Source of the DNA: Stegostoma tigrinum
Taxonomy: Eukaryota
Direction: 5' to 3'
NCBI RefSeq assembly: GCF_030684315.1
Contig: NC_081391.1
Coordinates: forward strand, 14,113,342-14,177,341
Length of the DNA: 64,000 nucleotides
Part shown: positions 48,646 to 62,935 of the stretch, in pieces
How the letters are laid out: the number at the start of each line of letters is the position of its first letter
Position numbering within the stretch: the stretch's first letter is position 1
The notes under the pieces: generated by a model
Databases searched by the model: none
What the model was told of the DNA's origin: nothing
The model's input: the letters and a program-made list of their open reading frames with translations, nothing else
Made by a program: the position numbers and the translations under genes

Positions 48646-51600
48646 ATGGCCTCCCAGATTAGTCAAAACTATCAACAGGTTTGTGAAGCTGCTGTCAACA
48701 AGCAGATTAATGTGGAGCTCACTGCCTCCTATCTCTATCAGTCTTTGGTGAGTGTTGTGTTTGTGAGGTTAAAATTCAATCTATTGTTCTGAAGTGAGCT
48801 ATTTCCCTTGTAGATTGTGTTTCATATCTCTTACCTATTGAACACATCAGGAGAAATGTGATGTTATCATATCAGTGGGCTATGATCCTGATGTACAGTA
48901 ATGGTGGACCCTGTAGGTCTTCAATGATCTCTGGAGGGTGAAGTGTTTTTTGACTTAATTCAAAATTCCCTGATAAGACTATGCCTGGCAGTAATTGTCA
49001 CTCCCTCACTAGGATTATCAAAAAGTTATCTAATTTCTGAAGGAACTGGAATAACCATTGGCTAGTTACTGGCTTCTGTTTTTAATTTCTTGCTTTCTGT
49101 TTATTTAGTGATGCATGTCATTGAACAACATGCTGACTTAGTATAGTAGTAAGGCATTATGGTAGCACTTTCCAATTAACCAAATCTGATCTGACACAGC
49201 CTTCAGGGTTTGGGTGTGACTATTAGCAGCTCAAATAGGCCTTGTTGGGGGCCTACTGGGCTTTGTGATCATTATTGAGATTGGTGTGGCCCTTCCCATA
49301 ACACTTGACACGAAGTTGATCTGCTGTGGTGTGTGAAATGAGATACTGGTGCTTCTGGAATGTGCTGAGGGTATTGCCCCAGTGACAGTGATGAAATGGA
49401 TTGTTCCCAGACCAACTATCCTGGTCCTGAAACACACTGGCCCGTTAGACCAGGTGGCAGTGTGCCTGTGCCCGTCTAAGGGGTAGAATGTGTTTGGAAG
49501 TTGTGTTGAAGTAACCTTGGTGAGTGCTGCAGGGGACCTGGTAGATAATGGACCCTGAAAGGAGGTGGTGAATGCAGCCCCCATGAAGTGGGCTACTCTG
49601 TCCTGGATGGTGTCTGCTTCTTGCATGTTGTAGCTCCCCTTCTACAGACACATGGGGAATATTCATCTCTCTCTGGGCTTGTGCCTATTGGAAGGAAGCT
49701 GCCTCGATGTAAGGATGGAGTCAGTATAACCTCCATTTCGGAGGTGGGAACAGCTTTTACTAGTGAACCACTTGGGGTTTAATCACTGGCCAGTGTCCCA
49801 GCACAACAGGGAATTATGTACCAATCAATAAGTCCCCACTATTCTGTCTTCTGCAACTTTGAGCTACCCAATTAAACCATACTTTTTTGCCTCACTTTGT
49901 ATTTGAGGGTTGAAGTAGCTTTTCCCACCAGGTTTCCAGCAGTGTGTTTACTGGTGACATTATCCATAGAACAAGAGTTGATCTAGAGATCAATTGTCTG
50001 TCTCCAACATTTCACTTTTCTTCAGTTTGTTCTTACAATTTGTTTTATCGGTGTGATTCTTGTTTGCAAGCTTCTGGATGTGAGTGCACTCAATAAACAG
50101 GTGTGTAATAGCCTTCTGCGGCCACAATCCAAAGGCTGTTACTGGGCAGGCTTTCCTCACCAGAATCTTGGTGCCACTTTCTCCTCCATGCTGCAGACAG
50201 CATGTCCTGTAGCGCTAAAATATATGGTACATCTAATGCCATGAGTCTTGTGGTTGCACAACTTGCTTCCTCCTGGTTGTCCTGTTCGAGTAGTGCTCAA
50301 CATCTCTATTAAGAGATACCAAGGTCGGGAGATGTTTGAGCGCAGCAGGCCAAACAGGAAATCTGACACTATGGGCTAACATTTGTTTGCCACCTTCTCC
50401 CCAAAGGAGAAATGCAGTGCCTTGCAGCTGCCCCAACCTGAGTCCATTCTGCATATCAGCTCCTGGCACTCGGTTAAAATGTTAGTCCATCCCTAGTTTC
50501 ATTCAATCCTGATGAGTGTTCAACAAAGGAAACATGAATTCAAGTTTACTCTCTTAATGCCAGACCCCCTGAGCATTGTACTGTGTATCTTAAACCAAAA
50601 CACATGGTATGCACATTCTCCCTGTAAGAAGCTGGGTTTGTTCAGATTGATCCAGTTCAAGGATCGTCTGGCTAATTGGACAACACGAGGTTCATGACCA
50701 CAGTAATGTACCAGAACATAACAGCTAGTGGCATTCTGGATCAAACTGACAATTCTAAACCAGCCGTCAATTTCTGAGATCTACAATTGGCTCCAGTGGA
50801 GCCTTTAATGGGATTTGACATGTTCTCTCTTCCAGATGTCCTATTTTGACCAGGATGACGTTGCCCTCCCCCATTTCTCGCGGTTCTTCAAAGATCAGTC
50901 CCAGGAGAAGCGGGAACATGCAGAAAAGCTGCTGAAATTCCAGAATCGGCGTTGAGGCTGAGTCCTCCCCAAGGATGTCAAGGTTGGAGTTTGGTTTGGG
51001 TGAGGGTGGGTGGTGACGGGTGAAAAATGTCAGCTCTCAATGTGAGGTTGCAAGTCAGTGACGAGGACTTCACATCCTGATGGGAAGTGACAAATATGTT
51101 CTTCTGTTTGGGTTCCCTGTGTCCTGACTCTGAATTCAACAAATCACAGAAACAAGCCCTTTGCCCAACATGTGTATGCTGACCCACCAAATGACATTTT
51201 GCTGCACTTGGTCTACAGGCTACTCTGCCCTGGCATGAAGTACTTGGCTAGATGTTGCTGGAGTGGCTGTCTCATCCATATTTCTACCATCCTCTGGTCG
51301 GGTTTGGGGCAGGGGTGAGGGAGGACACTTCCTCAAACCTGTGCCCTCTGGTCTTGGTGCCTGCCATGGCAAAGACCTCTGTCCTTCCATCTTCCAACTG
51401 CCTCAGCCTCTCAACCTCCAAGGAAAATCCCAGCTTCTGGAACCTGTCTTCAATGGATTTTCAGTCTTGAGGCAATTTAGTATTCCTCACCTGCAGCCCT
51501 TCCAGTGCCATCCTGTCCCTCGGATTTGGGGTTCTGGTCACCACCCTGCATTCCGTCCTTGGCCTGGCTCACGTTGCAAAGCTTGGTACAAGACTGAGCT

Positions 51601-53403
51601 CTATACTGTGCCCCAACTGAAGGGGACGAGCATCATGTCAGCCACCTTCACCAGCCTGTCTACCTTCACTGAGCCTTGAGCTATCTATGGTCTGGACGTT
51701 GTTATCTTAGTTCCTTTTATTCTAAAAGCTTTGCTGGCCCTTCAACCAACTAAGTTGCAGTGATGTTTCTCCTCCTGCTCATGAGGAGGAGGACATGGCC
51801 TCGCAGTATTATTGTTGAACTGCCAGTCAGACCCAGGCCATGTTATCGGGTCACATGTTTGAATCCTGCCACAGCAGGTGGAATTTTGACTCCACTTAAA
51901 TAATCTGGAAATAAGAACTGAATGATGACCATGAATCCATTGATTGTCAGAAACTCATCAGGCTCAATATCCTTGTTTAGGAAGTAAATTTTATCTCGTC
52001 TGAACTACATGTGACTCCACACTTACAGCAATGTGGTTGACTCTTTATTGCCCTCTGCAGAATTAGGGATGGGCAATACATGTTGCCTGGTCAGCAAGCC
52101 CTCTCCAAATCCCACCAATAAAGGGGACATGGAATGCTGCCATCAGCACAGGTGGGACTTCACCCTGGGCCTTGTGTTCCAGTTACAGGGATATTACCAC
52201 GGTACCACAAAAGGCCTTGGGAATTAGGGTGTGACTGTCCCGCTTGGAATTCCATCAGAGGGACACCAGTACAAACCACTTTGTGCCAATTTAATCCTTC
52301 TCCCCACAATGACCTGTTCCTGAGCTTCATGCTTCAGATCCAGGATAAACAGCAAAGTGAAAGCAATTCAAATAACTGTTCCTCATCTGGGCTTCAGCGA
52401 CAGAATAGTTGCTCAGTGGTTCGCACTGCTGCCTCAGAGCCAGGGACACAGGTTGGATCTGGTCTCTGGTGGCTGTTTGGAACTTAGACACACACCCTCC
52501 ATGGGTTACCTCCCACAGTCCAATGATTGCCAACTTGAACCTGGATATGGGAAAGGCAGACCCACATGAAAAAGGTGAGTGGAATTCGGTGGGATACTAC
52601 TGAGGTAGTAGTTGGTCTCAATGGGCTGAATGGCCTGCTGCAGGAATGCTGTTGCTGAAGCTTAACTGTCCTTCTTTCCCTTCTCCAGAAGCCAGAGAGG
52701 GATGAGTGGAGTAACAGCCTGCAGGCAACGCAGGTTGCCCTGGATCTGGAGAAGAATGTGAACCAGAGTTTGCTGGATCTACACCAACTCGCCACAGCCC
52801 AGACTGACCCTCATGTAAGCTTCACCTCCTCCTCATTCTCATCACTGCGACACCCTCAGGGCAACACCTCATTGATTGGTCTTTGTGGTTTGGAAATTCA
52901 CTGCTGTAACACTTTGCCTGACTGACATTGGGCCTGAAGTGATCATGCTGAGAATCTGTTCAGCAGTTGTTAAAACGGGAATTTGGATCATTATCTGGAA
53001 GGAGCATTGACCTGATACTGGCCGCTGAATTCTTGTTTAGTATCATTGTCCATCACAATCCACCTCCACTCCATTTCACAAACAGTAAGATGGAGCAGCT
53101 GAAATCCTATTGTCCTCACTGGCACAAATTCTCCAGGTGCTGGCTTGAGTTTTCAGGGCTGTTGAGTGGGTATGGTGCCATGTTTTGCAGTGGGAATTCT
53201 GAAGTTGTCTTTAATAGTGATCACAATTTCTCTTTCTTCCATTGCAGCTGTGTGACTTCCTGGAGACTCACTATTTGGATGAGGAGGTGAGGATCATCAA
53301 GCAACTTGGGGACTACATCACCAACCTGAAGCGCCTGGGAGCCCCTGAGAATGGGATGGGAGAGTACCTGTTTGACAGGCTCTCCCTGGAGGATAGCAGT
53401 TAG
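48646..53403 (+). pseudogene. Ferritin copy 6, pseudogene; exons 48646-48747, 50836-50982, 52689-52814, 53248-53403
   Basis: Exon 2 has two in-frame TGA codons at 50953-50955 and 50959-50961 (CGT TGA GGC TGA GTC); the other exons are open. Confidence 0.93.
52395..52650 (+). mobile_element. HE1-like SINE, intron 2 of copy 6
   Basis: gttgctcagtggttcgcactgctgcctcagagccagggacacaggtt head. Confidence 0.7.
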
Positions 53404-53529
53404 TGTGCCCTGGAGTACTGTCTGTTTGGTCTGAATGCATTTCCCCACTTCACCCTGGACAATGTCTCCTTCCAGGGAGAAGGGACTTGGAGCAAAGAAT
53501 GTAATGGCTGTACCAGCTGAATGGGAATG

Positions 53530-53535
53530 AATAAA
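53530..53535 (+). terminator. Polyadenylation signal, copy 6
   Basis: AATAAA at the conserved position. Confidence 0.75.
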
Positions 53536-56500
53536 ATGATGTGTTGATCTTGCTTATTGTCCATCATTCAAAGCACTGTATAATTTTGGTAGTTATTCTG
53601 AGATGAAGCATTTAATTTTTCTACTGTTTGACTGGTTGATCAAATTACTAATTGGGCTAAACATTTCCTTGTTTCAACACTCAATCCAATCCATACTCTG
53701 TCAGACAAGGATACCAAGAGGAAGTCGCTCTGACCTATCAATCAATGATATTCCTCCAACCGGAACTTGAGGATATTGGGTTTGTTGGGTGCAACTTGCT
53801 CTTCACTGTTTGGTTTTTTCAAAAAAAACTACACTTCTGGATGCGATCCATACTATGGAAGGAAAGAAACTCCCTTTTTGGGAAAGGGAGTTCTCCTGCT
53901 CTGCCTAAGGGAAGAGGAGACGCCCAGTCTCACGATTATCTGACAGTCCTCTTTCCACATTCAGCTTGTCTGTCCAAGAGCTTTCGCTCACCCCTCCCCT
54001 ACTAAATGGTACTAGCACCCTCAATATTCACCTCCCAGATGTGGCTTCGGGTTATTGGGATGAGCTAAGGTTCAAACCAACCTTGGGACATGTACTATTG
54101 GTTGCGGGGTTTTTCCTTCCCCGCTCACCCACCTGACCCTCCTCTGATCCTGCGTTAGCAATTGGGCATGTTGGCCAGCTCATGCCTCCTTCGTCTGAGA
54201 TAAATATGCTGGTCCGACTGGTCGCTTCGATTCACTACCCACTGCAATCAGGGAGTCAATTCCCCCCCAGTGGGGGCATGTTTCCCATAAACAACCCAAA
54301 GTTGTCCGTCTGTGGCTTATTCATTCCTCTTTGCTCTGCCTGTTTACACGATTCTCTCCAACAAACAGCCACTTCAGAATCAGCACATTGCCTCATTGCC
54401 ACCTACAGCAGGTGACGAGTGGCCTGGAAGTAACACAGCAACGCTCATGGTTACATGTTGCTGTTTGATTGGCTCTTGCCGCTACAGCCAGCGTTGAGTG
54501 CACTCAGCTGCTCCCTATGTTCCTCTGAGCTTCCCCTGTGCTGCAGGTTGCCTTGACTCCGTGATGGTGAACGAGCAGTGATTTCTGTTCAACTTGGGAA
54601 TGGTGTGACTGAGGGAGGAAACCTGGAGCTGCATACCATCCTGTACGGCTGTTTACTTTATCGTTCGAGCTGTCACACATTCTGGGGATTACCTCTGACT
54701 TTTGCAGCTCCTGTGCAATGTAGCCTTTGTAGAGGGCCTGGCTCTAATGTGACTGAACATATCTGTTACATGACAGAAATCCTTTTAATTTGGAGCAATC
54801 TTAATTCTTGTCAATAAGTCCCTGTTGTCCAGGAAGCAGCCATTTGGCCAGTGCAGCGTCGACACTCTACACCCCATCCTGTTCAGACCCACTCCATTCC
54901 CTTAACACTGTTTCCCATGGCTAATTCAGCTAGCCCCTTGTCATTCAGCAATTTAGCGTTGCCGATCCACTTAACCTGAAAATTGTTGGACCGTGGGAGA
55001 AAACTGGAGAACCTGGGAGACACCGGGAGAAAATGCAAACTCCAGACAGACAGTTCCCGAAGGCTGTAATGCAACGTAGGACCTTGTCACTGGGAGGTAA
55101 CCGTGCTAACCACTGAGCCGCTATCACACCCTAATGTACCAAACAAAGAAATATGCTGTTGCAGACCATGAGAGTCACAGAGGCATACAGCATAGAAACA
55201 GGCCCTTCAGCCCAGCCTGTCCACGCCAACCACGTTTCCACTACTGAACAAGTCCCACTTGCCCACGTTTTGCCCATATTCCTCCAAACCAAATCTGTAA
55301 ATGGAAACATCTAAATGTCTCTTCAATGTTATAATTGTAAACACTTCTACCACTTCCTCTGGCAGCTCATGCCATACACACACACCATCGTCTCTGTGAA
55401 AATGTCCCTTTTAAATCTTTCCCCTCTCCCCTCTCCTCTCAAACCGATGCCCTCTAGTTTTGGACTCCCCTACCCTGTCCCAGCAAGCTTTTTTTCTACA
55501 GTCAATCTTGAGTGTGCCAATGGCAAGGCTACATTTTTTGCTCAGCAACTGTAACACTTCAGGAGGTGGTGATTAGCTGCTTATTACAGTCCACCTGGTG
55601 TAGGAGAGACCGGAATGATTTTGCTGCTGCTGCTGCTGAGGAGGGGCTTCTGGGATTTTCATTCGCAAACACTGATATTGTTCCAAGTCAGGATGGTGAC
55701 AGAGTTACATGGAGCTGCTTGACTGTTGCTGGGTCTACATGCAATCAGAAAATTGTACAGTGTTCCATCACACTTCCTAACTTCAGTCTTCTCGATAGTG
55801 GGCAGGCTTTGGGAAGTCAGGAGTTCAGCAATTCACAACAGAATTCCCAGCCTCGGGAAATTGAAATCAGCATTGAAACTTGTGGGTCAATCCAATAAGA
55901 TAGTGCTAGATTGCAATCTGCTTTTGAAGCTGGGAGGCCAGTTGCTCAGCTCGACAATATAGACAATGCAATGTAACCAGAACCAGAAACTCTCACTTGG
56001 AAACACGCTTCAATTGAGGGCTGGTTCTGTTTTGAAAAATTAAAAACTGCGCATGGACATAGAAGTGTTCAACATGCGATACATTTCCTGCAGCAATTCA
56101 GTAGAAAGGCCTGAGGCCTACCGTGTACCTGAAGCACTCAGCACATTTAGCATTTTGGTTTTCAAACCGTGCTTCCTCAGACCCAAGTCCAAACAGATCA
56201 CAGTAGATACAGAATGAATCCACAAAGTAGATTGTTTTTCTGTATTAAATGGTCCAAAAGCATATGAATTCTGTTGACGCACAGCAATGGGAAAATTTTA
56301 CTGTTAACAAAATCTAGTCATTTTTCAATGGGCTACAAATCTGTGATTCAAAAGGTACAAAGACTAATCCCTCAGAGTCACAAACCGACAGAATTCAGCA
56401 AATCTGTGATGAGCGTGTCTTAACACATAACCTCAGATACAAAGGTAAAGGTTCAGAGTCTATTTTGTTCTCATTTTCAGGGAGATGTACTTCCACAATT

Positions 56501-56580
56501 TGTATTTCTGCTGGAAGCCAAAGATCAGTCAGCAATTCCATCATCGACCAGTTGTCAATTCTGATCGGTTTCTGGATCCA

Positions 56581-56702
56581 ATCCCCATCCTGCACTGATT
56601 GGACGTGGCAGCTGATCAATTGATTAACAAGAGTGATTGGCCATCACTGATGATGCCATTTCCTGCTTCAGAAAATGAGAGTCTGCTCCTGGAGTATAAG
56701 TA
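56581..56702 (+). promoter_or_regulatory. Core promoter, copy 7
   Basis: Conserved block of copy-1 type; TATAAG at 56695-56700. Confidence 0.75.
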
Positions 56703-56799
56703 ATGCCCCAAGGAGGTTATGTTTTTTTGTATAGTTGATCTTGGTTCTAAATTGGTCACTTTTGTAGTGAAGAGAGTAAAACAAACTCCTCATCACAAG

Positions 56800-59700
56800 A
56801 TGGCCTCCCAGATTAGTCAGAATTACCACCAGGATTGTGAAGCTGCTGTCAACAAGCAGATTCATGTGGAGCTCACTGCCTCCTATCTCTATCAGTCTTT
56901 GGTGAGTGTTGCCTCTCAGGGGTTTAACATTTAAACTATCATGTCAAAGTGACTGGTTTCCCTTGTTTCTAACTAACCTGATATTCTTGTACACTGACTG
57001 TAATTGTTCTTAACTGAACTGTAATTCAGGATGAATGTGATGTTTCCATAGCAATGGGCTATGGGACTGATGCCCCACTTGGCCTGCAGCGACACATTGA
57101 GGTGAAGTGTTCTTGGTGTTCTCAGACTCCCTTAGACTGTTGTGACTGGCAGTAACTGTTACTCCCTCATTAGGGTTGTTGAAAGTGAAGGTTTGTTAGG
57201 CCTGTTCCTGGGGTTGCATGATCTAGTGTATTGGTGCTACTGGAATGTCTGGAGATTTTTCACTCTATAACAGTGAAGAAATGGAGATTCTACTCTCATG
57301 CTGGCCCTATTTGAAACAGGCCTCTTTTGTCAGTTGGTGCTGTGCCTGTGACCACCTGAAAAATGGTCTCATTTGTAGGTGAGAGAGATAATAGGAAGTG
57401 CAGATGCAGGAGAATCTGTTTATAACAAGGTGTCGAGCGAGAATAACAGCAGGCCAAGTGGCACCTTAGGAGCAGGAAAGCTCCTGTTTCTGGACTAAAG
57501 GGTCTAGGCCCGAAACATTAGCTTTCCTGCACTGAAGATGCCACTTGGCTGGCTGTGTTGTTCCAGCTCTAAACCTTGTTATCTTGGACTTATGCATGCA
57601 AGGTGTTATTCTTTTTCAGTGAGGGGAACACATCATGCCTTGCGATTGCCTCACGTTTGTTTTTTATTCTCCAGTAGGATTGACTGTAGAACAGTACAGG
57701 CCCTTCAGCCTTCGCTGTTGTGCTGACCTGTCATACCGATCTGAAACCAATCTAAGCTACACTATTCCATATGTGTCCATGTGCTCATCTAATGATGACT
57801 TAAATATACCTCAAGTTGGCGAATCTACAACCGTTGCAGGCAAAGCATTCCATTCCCTTCCTATTGAGTAAAGAAACTACCTTTTGACATCTGTCCGATA
57901 ACTTCCAACCCCCAGTTTAAAGGTAGGTCCCCTCATGCTTGCCGTCACCATCCTAGGAAGAAGCCTTTCCCTATCTAACCCTCTGAATATTTTGTCTCAA
58001 TTAAGTCTCCTCTCAAACTTCATCTCTCTCTGTTGAAAACAGCCTCAAGCCCCTCTGCCTTTCCTTGTAAGATGTTCCCTCCATACCAGGCAACATCCCA
58101 GTACATCTCCTCTGCACCCTTTCCAAAGCTTCCACATCCTCCTTATAATGCAGTGACCAGAACTGTACGCAATACTCAGTGTGGCCACACCAGAGTTTTG
58201 TACAGCTGCAGCATAACCTCTTGGTTCCAGAAAACAATCCCTCTATTAATAAAAGCCAAAACACTATGCCTTAACAGCCCTGTCAACCTGGGTGGCAACT
58301 TTCAAGGACCTGTGTACATGGACAACGAGATCTCTTTGCTCATCGACACCACCAAGTTTCTTACCATTCGCCCAGTACTTTGCCTTCTGGTTACTCCAAC
58401 AAAGTGCATCACCTCACACTTGGCTGCATTAAACTCCATTTGCCACCTCTCAGCCCAGCTCTGCAGCTTATCTATGTCTCTCTGCAACCTACAGCATCCT
58501 TCGTCATTATCCGCAACTCCACCATAGTGTCGTCTGCAAATTTACTAACCCATCCTTCTACGCCCTCATCCAGGTCATTTATAAAAATGACAAACAGCAG
58601 GAGACCCAGCACCGACCCTTGCGGTACACGACTAATAACTCGTCTCCAGGATGAACACTTCGCATCAACTACCACCCTCTGTCTTCTTTGAGCAAGCCAA
58701 TTTTCAATCCAAACTGCTATATCTCCCACAATTCCATTCCACTACACTTTGTACAGTAGCCTATTGTGGGGAATGTTATCGAACGCCTTGCTGAAATCCA
58801 TATACACCACATCAACCGGTTTACTCTCATCTACTTGTTTGGTCTCCTTCTCAAAGATTGAGGGTCTGAGTGGCCTAATCCTGTTTGTTCTGCTAACAGT
58901 TTTTTGTTTCTTTGGTTCTTTAAAAATGAACCAGTGTCTTCAGGATTGCCTCTAATTATTTTGAACTGAGTAGAAGCCGTCACTTTGTCACAAGCTCCAA
59001 CTTCATGTTCAGCATGGAACCAAGTTTAAATCTACATCTGCATGACTGACTGACCAACACTCGCTTCTCTCCCGTCCCAATATACCGGAGGTTTAACACC
59101 TTTATTGAATAGTCAGCCTGATCGGGAAGGCTCGCTTCTTCTCACCACTGAGACTGAACTGTGGCCAGTGATGTGTTTAATGGGCTTTTGTCTGTTTTCT
59201 TTTCCAGATGTCCTACTTTGACCAGGACGATGTTGCCCTCCCCCATTTCTCCCGGTTCTTCAAACATCAGTCCCAGGAGAAGCAGGAACATGCAGAGAAG
59301 CTGCTGAAATTCCAGAATCAGCGTGGAGGCCGGGTCCTCCTCCAGGATGTGAAGGTTAGAGTTGGCAATATATGGCTGCTCTTGTCATGTGGCTTCAAGT
59401 CATCAGTGGCAGGATGTTTGCCTCCTCTCAGGAGAGTGACGAGTTCTTTCAGTTTGGTTTCTAAGTTTCATCTCAAAGTCATGCAGTGTACGGGAAAAGC
59501 CACTTGCCCCCCCATAAACAGAACTACACTCATCTGACTTGCTTGCACTTGGTCCACAGATGACTATACCCTGGCATGAAGTACATGTCCAGATACTGCT
59601 GGAGTTGCTATCTCCACTGCCTTCTCTTCCCCTCCCCACCCAGACCACGGTTCAACTCGTATCTTGATCAGCCTCCTTTTTGGGAATGTGGTTTCCTCCA

Positions 59701-61118
59701 ATTGCCCCTCTATAACCTGCTTATTCCTCAAACCTGTGCTCTCTGGTCTGTCTTCCTCATGGCCCACATTCTCCCCATCTCCTGTCCCAACTTCCCTCTG
59801 CTAACTGCCTCAGCCTGTTTGTCCTCCAGCCAATCCAAGACCTCAATGGATTTTCCACCTGAGGGACCTTCCTGTCCTTCTGATAGTGGTCCTGTTCACA
59901 ACACCATTGCTTCTTTGACCTGGCCAAAATTTGAGTGGGAGAAGAAATGGCTGCCCTTGGGGTGTGGCTTCCATCCATCAGTAACAGGATGATGACATCC
60001 TGAAGGCAGGTGCAGGAAGTGAAGTGCTTCTGTCTTTCACCCATCATTCGGTCTACATCTTGTGCAAGAACTATACTGTCTAAATTCTGCATGATAATCT
60101 CAAACACGCTCATTTGTTCCTGGCTTCGGTGAAATCAAACGTACACTCGGGTCGAAAGTTCAAGGTCTCCTGCTAATAACGTGGCTGGATTCTTTTTTTT
60201 AGTTTTAAAGCAGTTCTGTTTGTACCAAGTGCAATCAGACAAGACCAGTGTGTCTGTGCGCTCCTACCATTAGACATGACGACAGTGATTGCTTTCCCTT
60301 TACATGAAGGGTCAAGGGTCAATTGTTGAACAAGGGTGCTGCATGTCATGGGGAACAGTGAGGTTTGTCCTGGAGCTTACCTGTCCTTCTTTCCATCCTC
60401 AGAAGCCAGAGAGGGATGAGTGGAGTAACAGCCTGCAGGCAATGCAGGTTGCCCTGGATCTGGAGAAGAATGTGAACCAGAGTTTGCTGGATCTACACCG
60501 ACTCACCACAGCCCAGACTGACCCTCATGTAAGCTTCACCTCCTCCTCATTCTCATCACTGCTACACCCTCAGGGCAACACTTCATTGATTGGTCTTTGT
60601 GGTTTGGAAATTCACTGCTGTAACACTGTCTGGCTGACATTGGACCTGAAGTGATCATGCTGAGGATCTGTGTTCACAGTTGTTAAAATGGGAATTTGGA
60701 TCAGTATCTGGAAGGAGTGTTGAACTGATTCTGGCCACTGAATTCTCGTTTAGTATCATTGTCCGTCACAATCCACCTCCATTCCATTTCACAAACAGCA
60801 AGATGGAGCAGCTGAAATCCTATTGTCCTCACTGCCAAATATTCTCCAGGTGCTGGCTTGATTTTTCAGGGCTGTTGAGAGTGGGTATGGTGAAATGTTT
60901 TGCAGTGGGAATTCTGAAGTTGTCTTTAATAGTGATCACAATTTCTCATTCTGCTGCTGCAGCTGTGTGACTTCCTGGAGACCCACTATTTGGATGAGGA
61001 GGTGGAGATCATCAAGCAACTTGGGGACGACATCACCAACCTGAAGTGCCTGGGAGCCCCTGAGAATGGGATGGGAGAGTACCTGTTTGACAGGCTCTCC
61101 CTGGAGGACAGCAGTTAG
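56800..61118 (+). CDS. Ferritin subunit, copy 7; exons 56800-56901, 59208-59354, 60403-60528, 60963-61118
   Basis: Open spliced frame of 176 aa with GT-AG introns; R43Q, R63Q, R157C; AATAAA at 61246-61251. Confidence 0.88.
57385..57590. mobile_element. Penelope-like hairpin remnant, intron 1 of copy 7
   Basis: ataacaagg...caggaaagc / agggtctaggcccgaaac...gctttcctg...ccttgttat. Confidence 0.5.
57687..58856 (-). mobile_element. CR1 LINE, 5'-truncated and decayed, in intron 1 of copy 7
   Basis: [18 protein letters not shown] and EYCVQFWS fragments in shifted frames. Confidence 0.92.
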
Positions 61119-61245
61119 TGTGCCCTGGAGTACTGTCTGCTTGGTCTGAATGCATTCCCCACTTCACCCTGGACAATCTTTCCCCTTCCAGGGGGAAGGA
61201 ATTTTGTAGCAAATGATGTAATGGCTGTACCAGCTGAATGGAATG

Positions 61246-61251
61246 AATAAA
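61246..61251 (+). terminator. Polyadenylation signal, copy 7
   Basis: AATAAA at the conserved position. Confidence 0.8.
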
Positions 61252-62702
61252 ATGATGTATTGATCTTGCTTATTGTCCCTCATTCAGATTACTAAATATT
61301 TTGGGAGATGTCACTGAGCTTGAAGCCTGTTTATCGTTCTCTAATTTGGCTGATCCAATTAGTAAATGGACTCAGCAAAACTTCTAGGTCTTACCCCATC
61401 CCCCGAATGTTGGAAAGTAGCAAGATGGAGTTCCTTGTTGTGGTCCCAAAGAAATTCAAGATATTCTCTTCAAAGAGGTTAAGTTGGGTGTTTGTGAATT
61501 GTGGGGTGGCAATTCTTCTGGAGGACAACTGGCACATTTCTGGCTACGGGCCATTCGGATCATTAAAATCTGCTTTCACACTATGAACAGCATCATGTTC
61601 AGATCTTCCCCCCGCCCCCATATTTCCCATGGCTAATTTACCCAGACTGTATGACCCCTTGTCACTATTGGCAATTTAGCACGGCCAGTACACCTACTCC
61701 ACATGTTGTTTGACTGTGGTGGGAGACTGGAACAGGTGAAGGAAATCCACACAGACATGAGGCAAATGTACAAACTCTGCTCAGACAGTTTTCCCCCAGG
61801 CTAGAATCAACCTTGGGCTCCTGGTGTGGTGAGGTAACAGTGCTAACCGCTGAGGCCCCTTCACCCCCTAAAGTACCAAACAAAGGAGGAGGAGGCTGTT
61901 GCAAAGTCAGAGCCATCCATCATGGAGATAGACTCTTAAGAACAACATGTCCTTGCTGACCACGTTTCCACAAATTGTGTCGTGCCATTTGCCTACTTTT
62001 TGTCCAAATCCCTCTTAAACAGTTAAATCCCTATAAATCGTTCCATCCCACATACATGTCCAAAGTCTTGAAATTGTACGCAAACCTCTCGTTTCTGTTG
62101 GCAGCTTCTTCCAGACACGCACCGCCCTCTTTGTGAAAACGTTCCCCCTCAGTCCCTTTTAAATGTCCCTTTTAAATCTTGCCCCTCTTCCCTCAAACCG
62201 ATGACCTCTAGTTTTGGACTCCTCCTACCCTGTCCCAGCATGCTTTTTTATATACAGTCAATCTCGAGTGTGCCAATGGCAAGGCTACATTTAGTGCTCA
62301 GCAACTGTTACACTTCAGGAGGTGGTGATGAGCTGCTTATTACAGTCCACCTGGTGTGGGAGAGACCGGAATGATGCTGCTGCTGCTGCTGCAGAGGGGC
62401 TTCTGGGATTTTCAATCTCAAACAGGGATCGTGTTCCTGGCGATAGATTTACTTCAAGCTGCTTGAGTGAGGTAGGGGCTGCACTGAGCCAGAAAATTCT
62501 GAACTGTTCCATAAATATTCATTAACACATCCTGACCCCACTGTTATACGTGGTGGACAGGCTTTGGAAAGTCAAAAGTTGAATACTTTGGAACAGAGTT
62601 CCCAGCCTGTGACCTACCAGTTTCTGAGCTGTATGTTCAGCAGAATGCAATGTAAACAGCACCAGACACTCTCTGCTCAGAAACAGACTGGAGTTAAGCG
62701 CT

Positions 62703-62935
62703 AACACGGTGGAGCTGGATGAACACAGCAGGCCAGGAAGCATCAGAGGATCAGGAAAGCTGATGATTCAGATAGGGACCCTTCTTCAGTAAAGGAAGAT
62801 TCAGCACATTTCTGAAGAAGCTTCCTGACCCGAAACATCAGCTTTCCTGCTCCTCTGATGCTGCCTGGCCTGCTGTGTGCATCCAGTTCCACATTGTGTT
62901 ATCTCTGACTCCAGCAACAGCAGTTCTTACTATCC
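62703..62935. mobile_element. Duplicate of the Penelope-like hairpin at 36603-36835
   Basis: Near-identical sequence and flanks. Confidence 0.6.

Noticed and set aside
50953-50961. In-frame TGA codons as selenocysteine or programmed readthrough
   Set aside because: They replace Gly and Arg, not Cys; no SECIS is evident in the roughly 130-nt 3' UTR; copy 1 also has a TAG and a frameshift.
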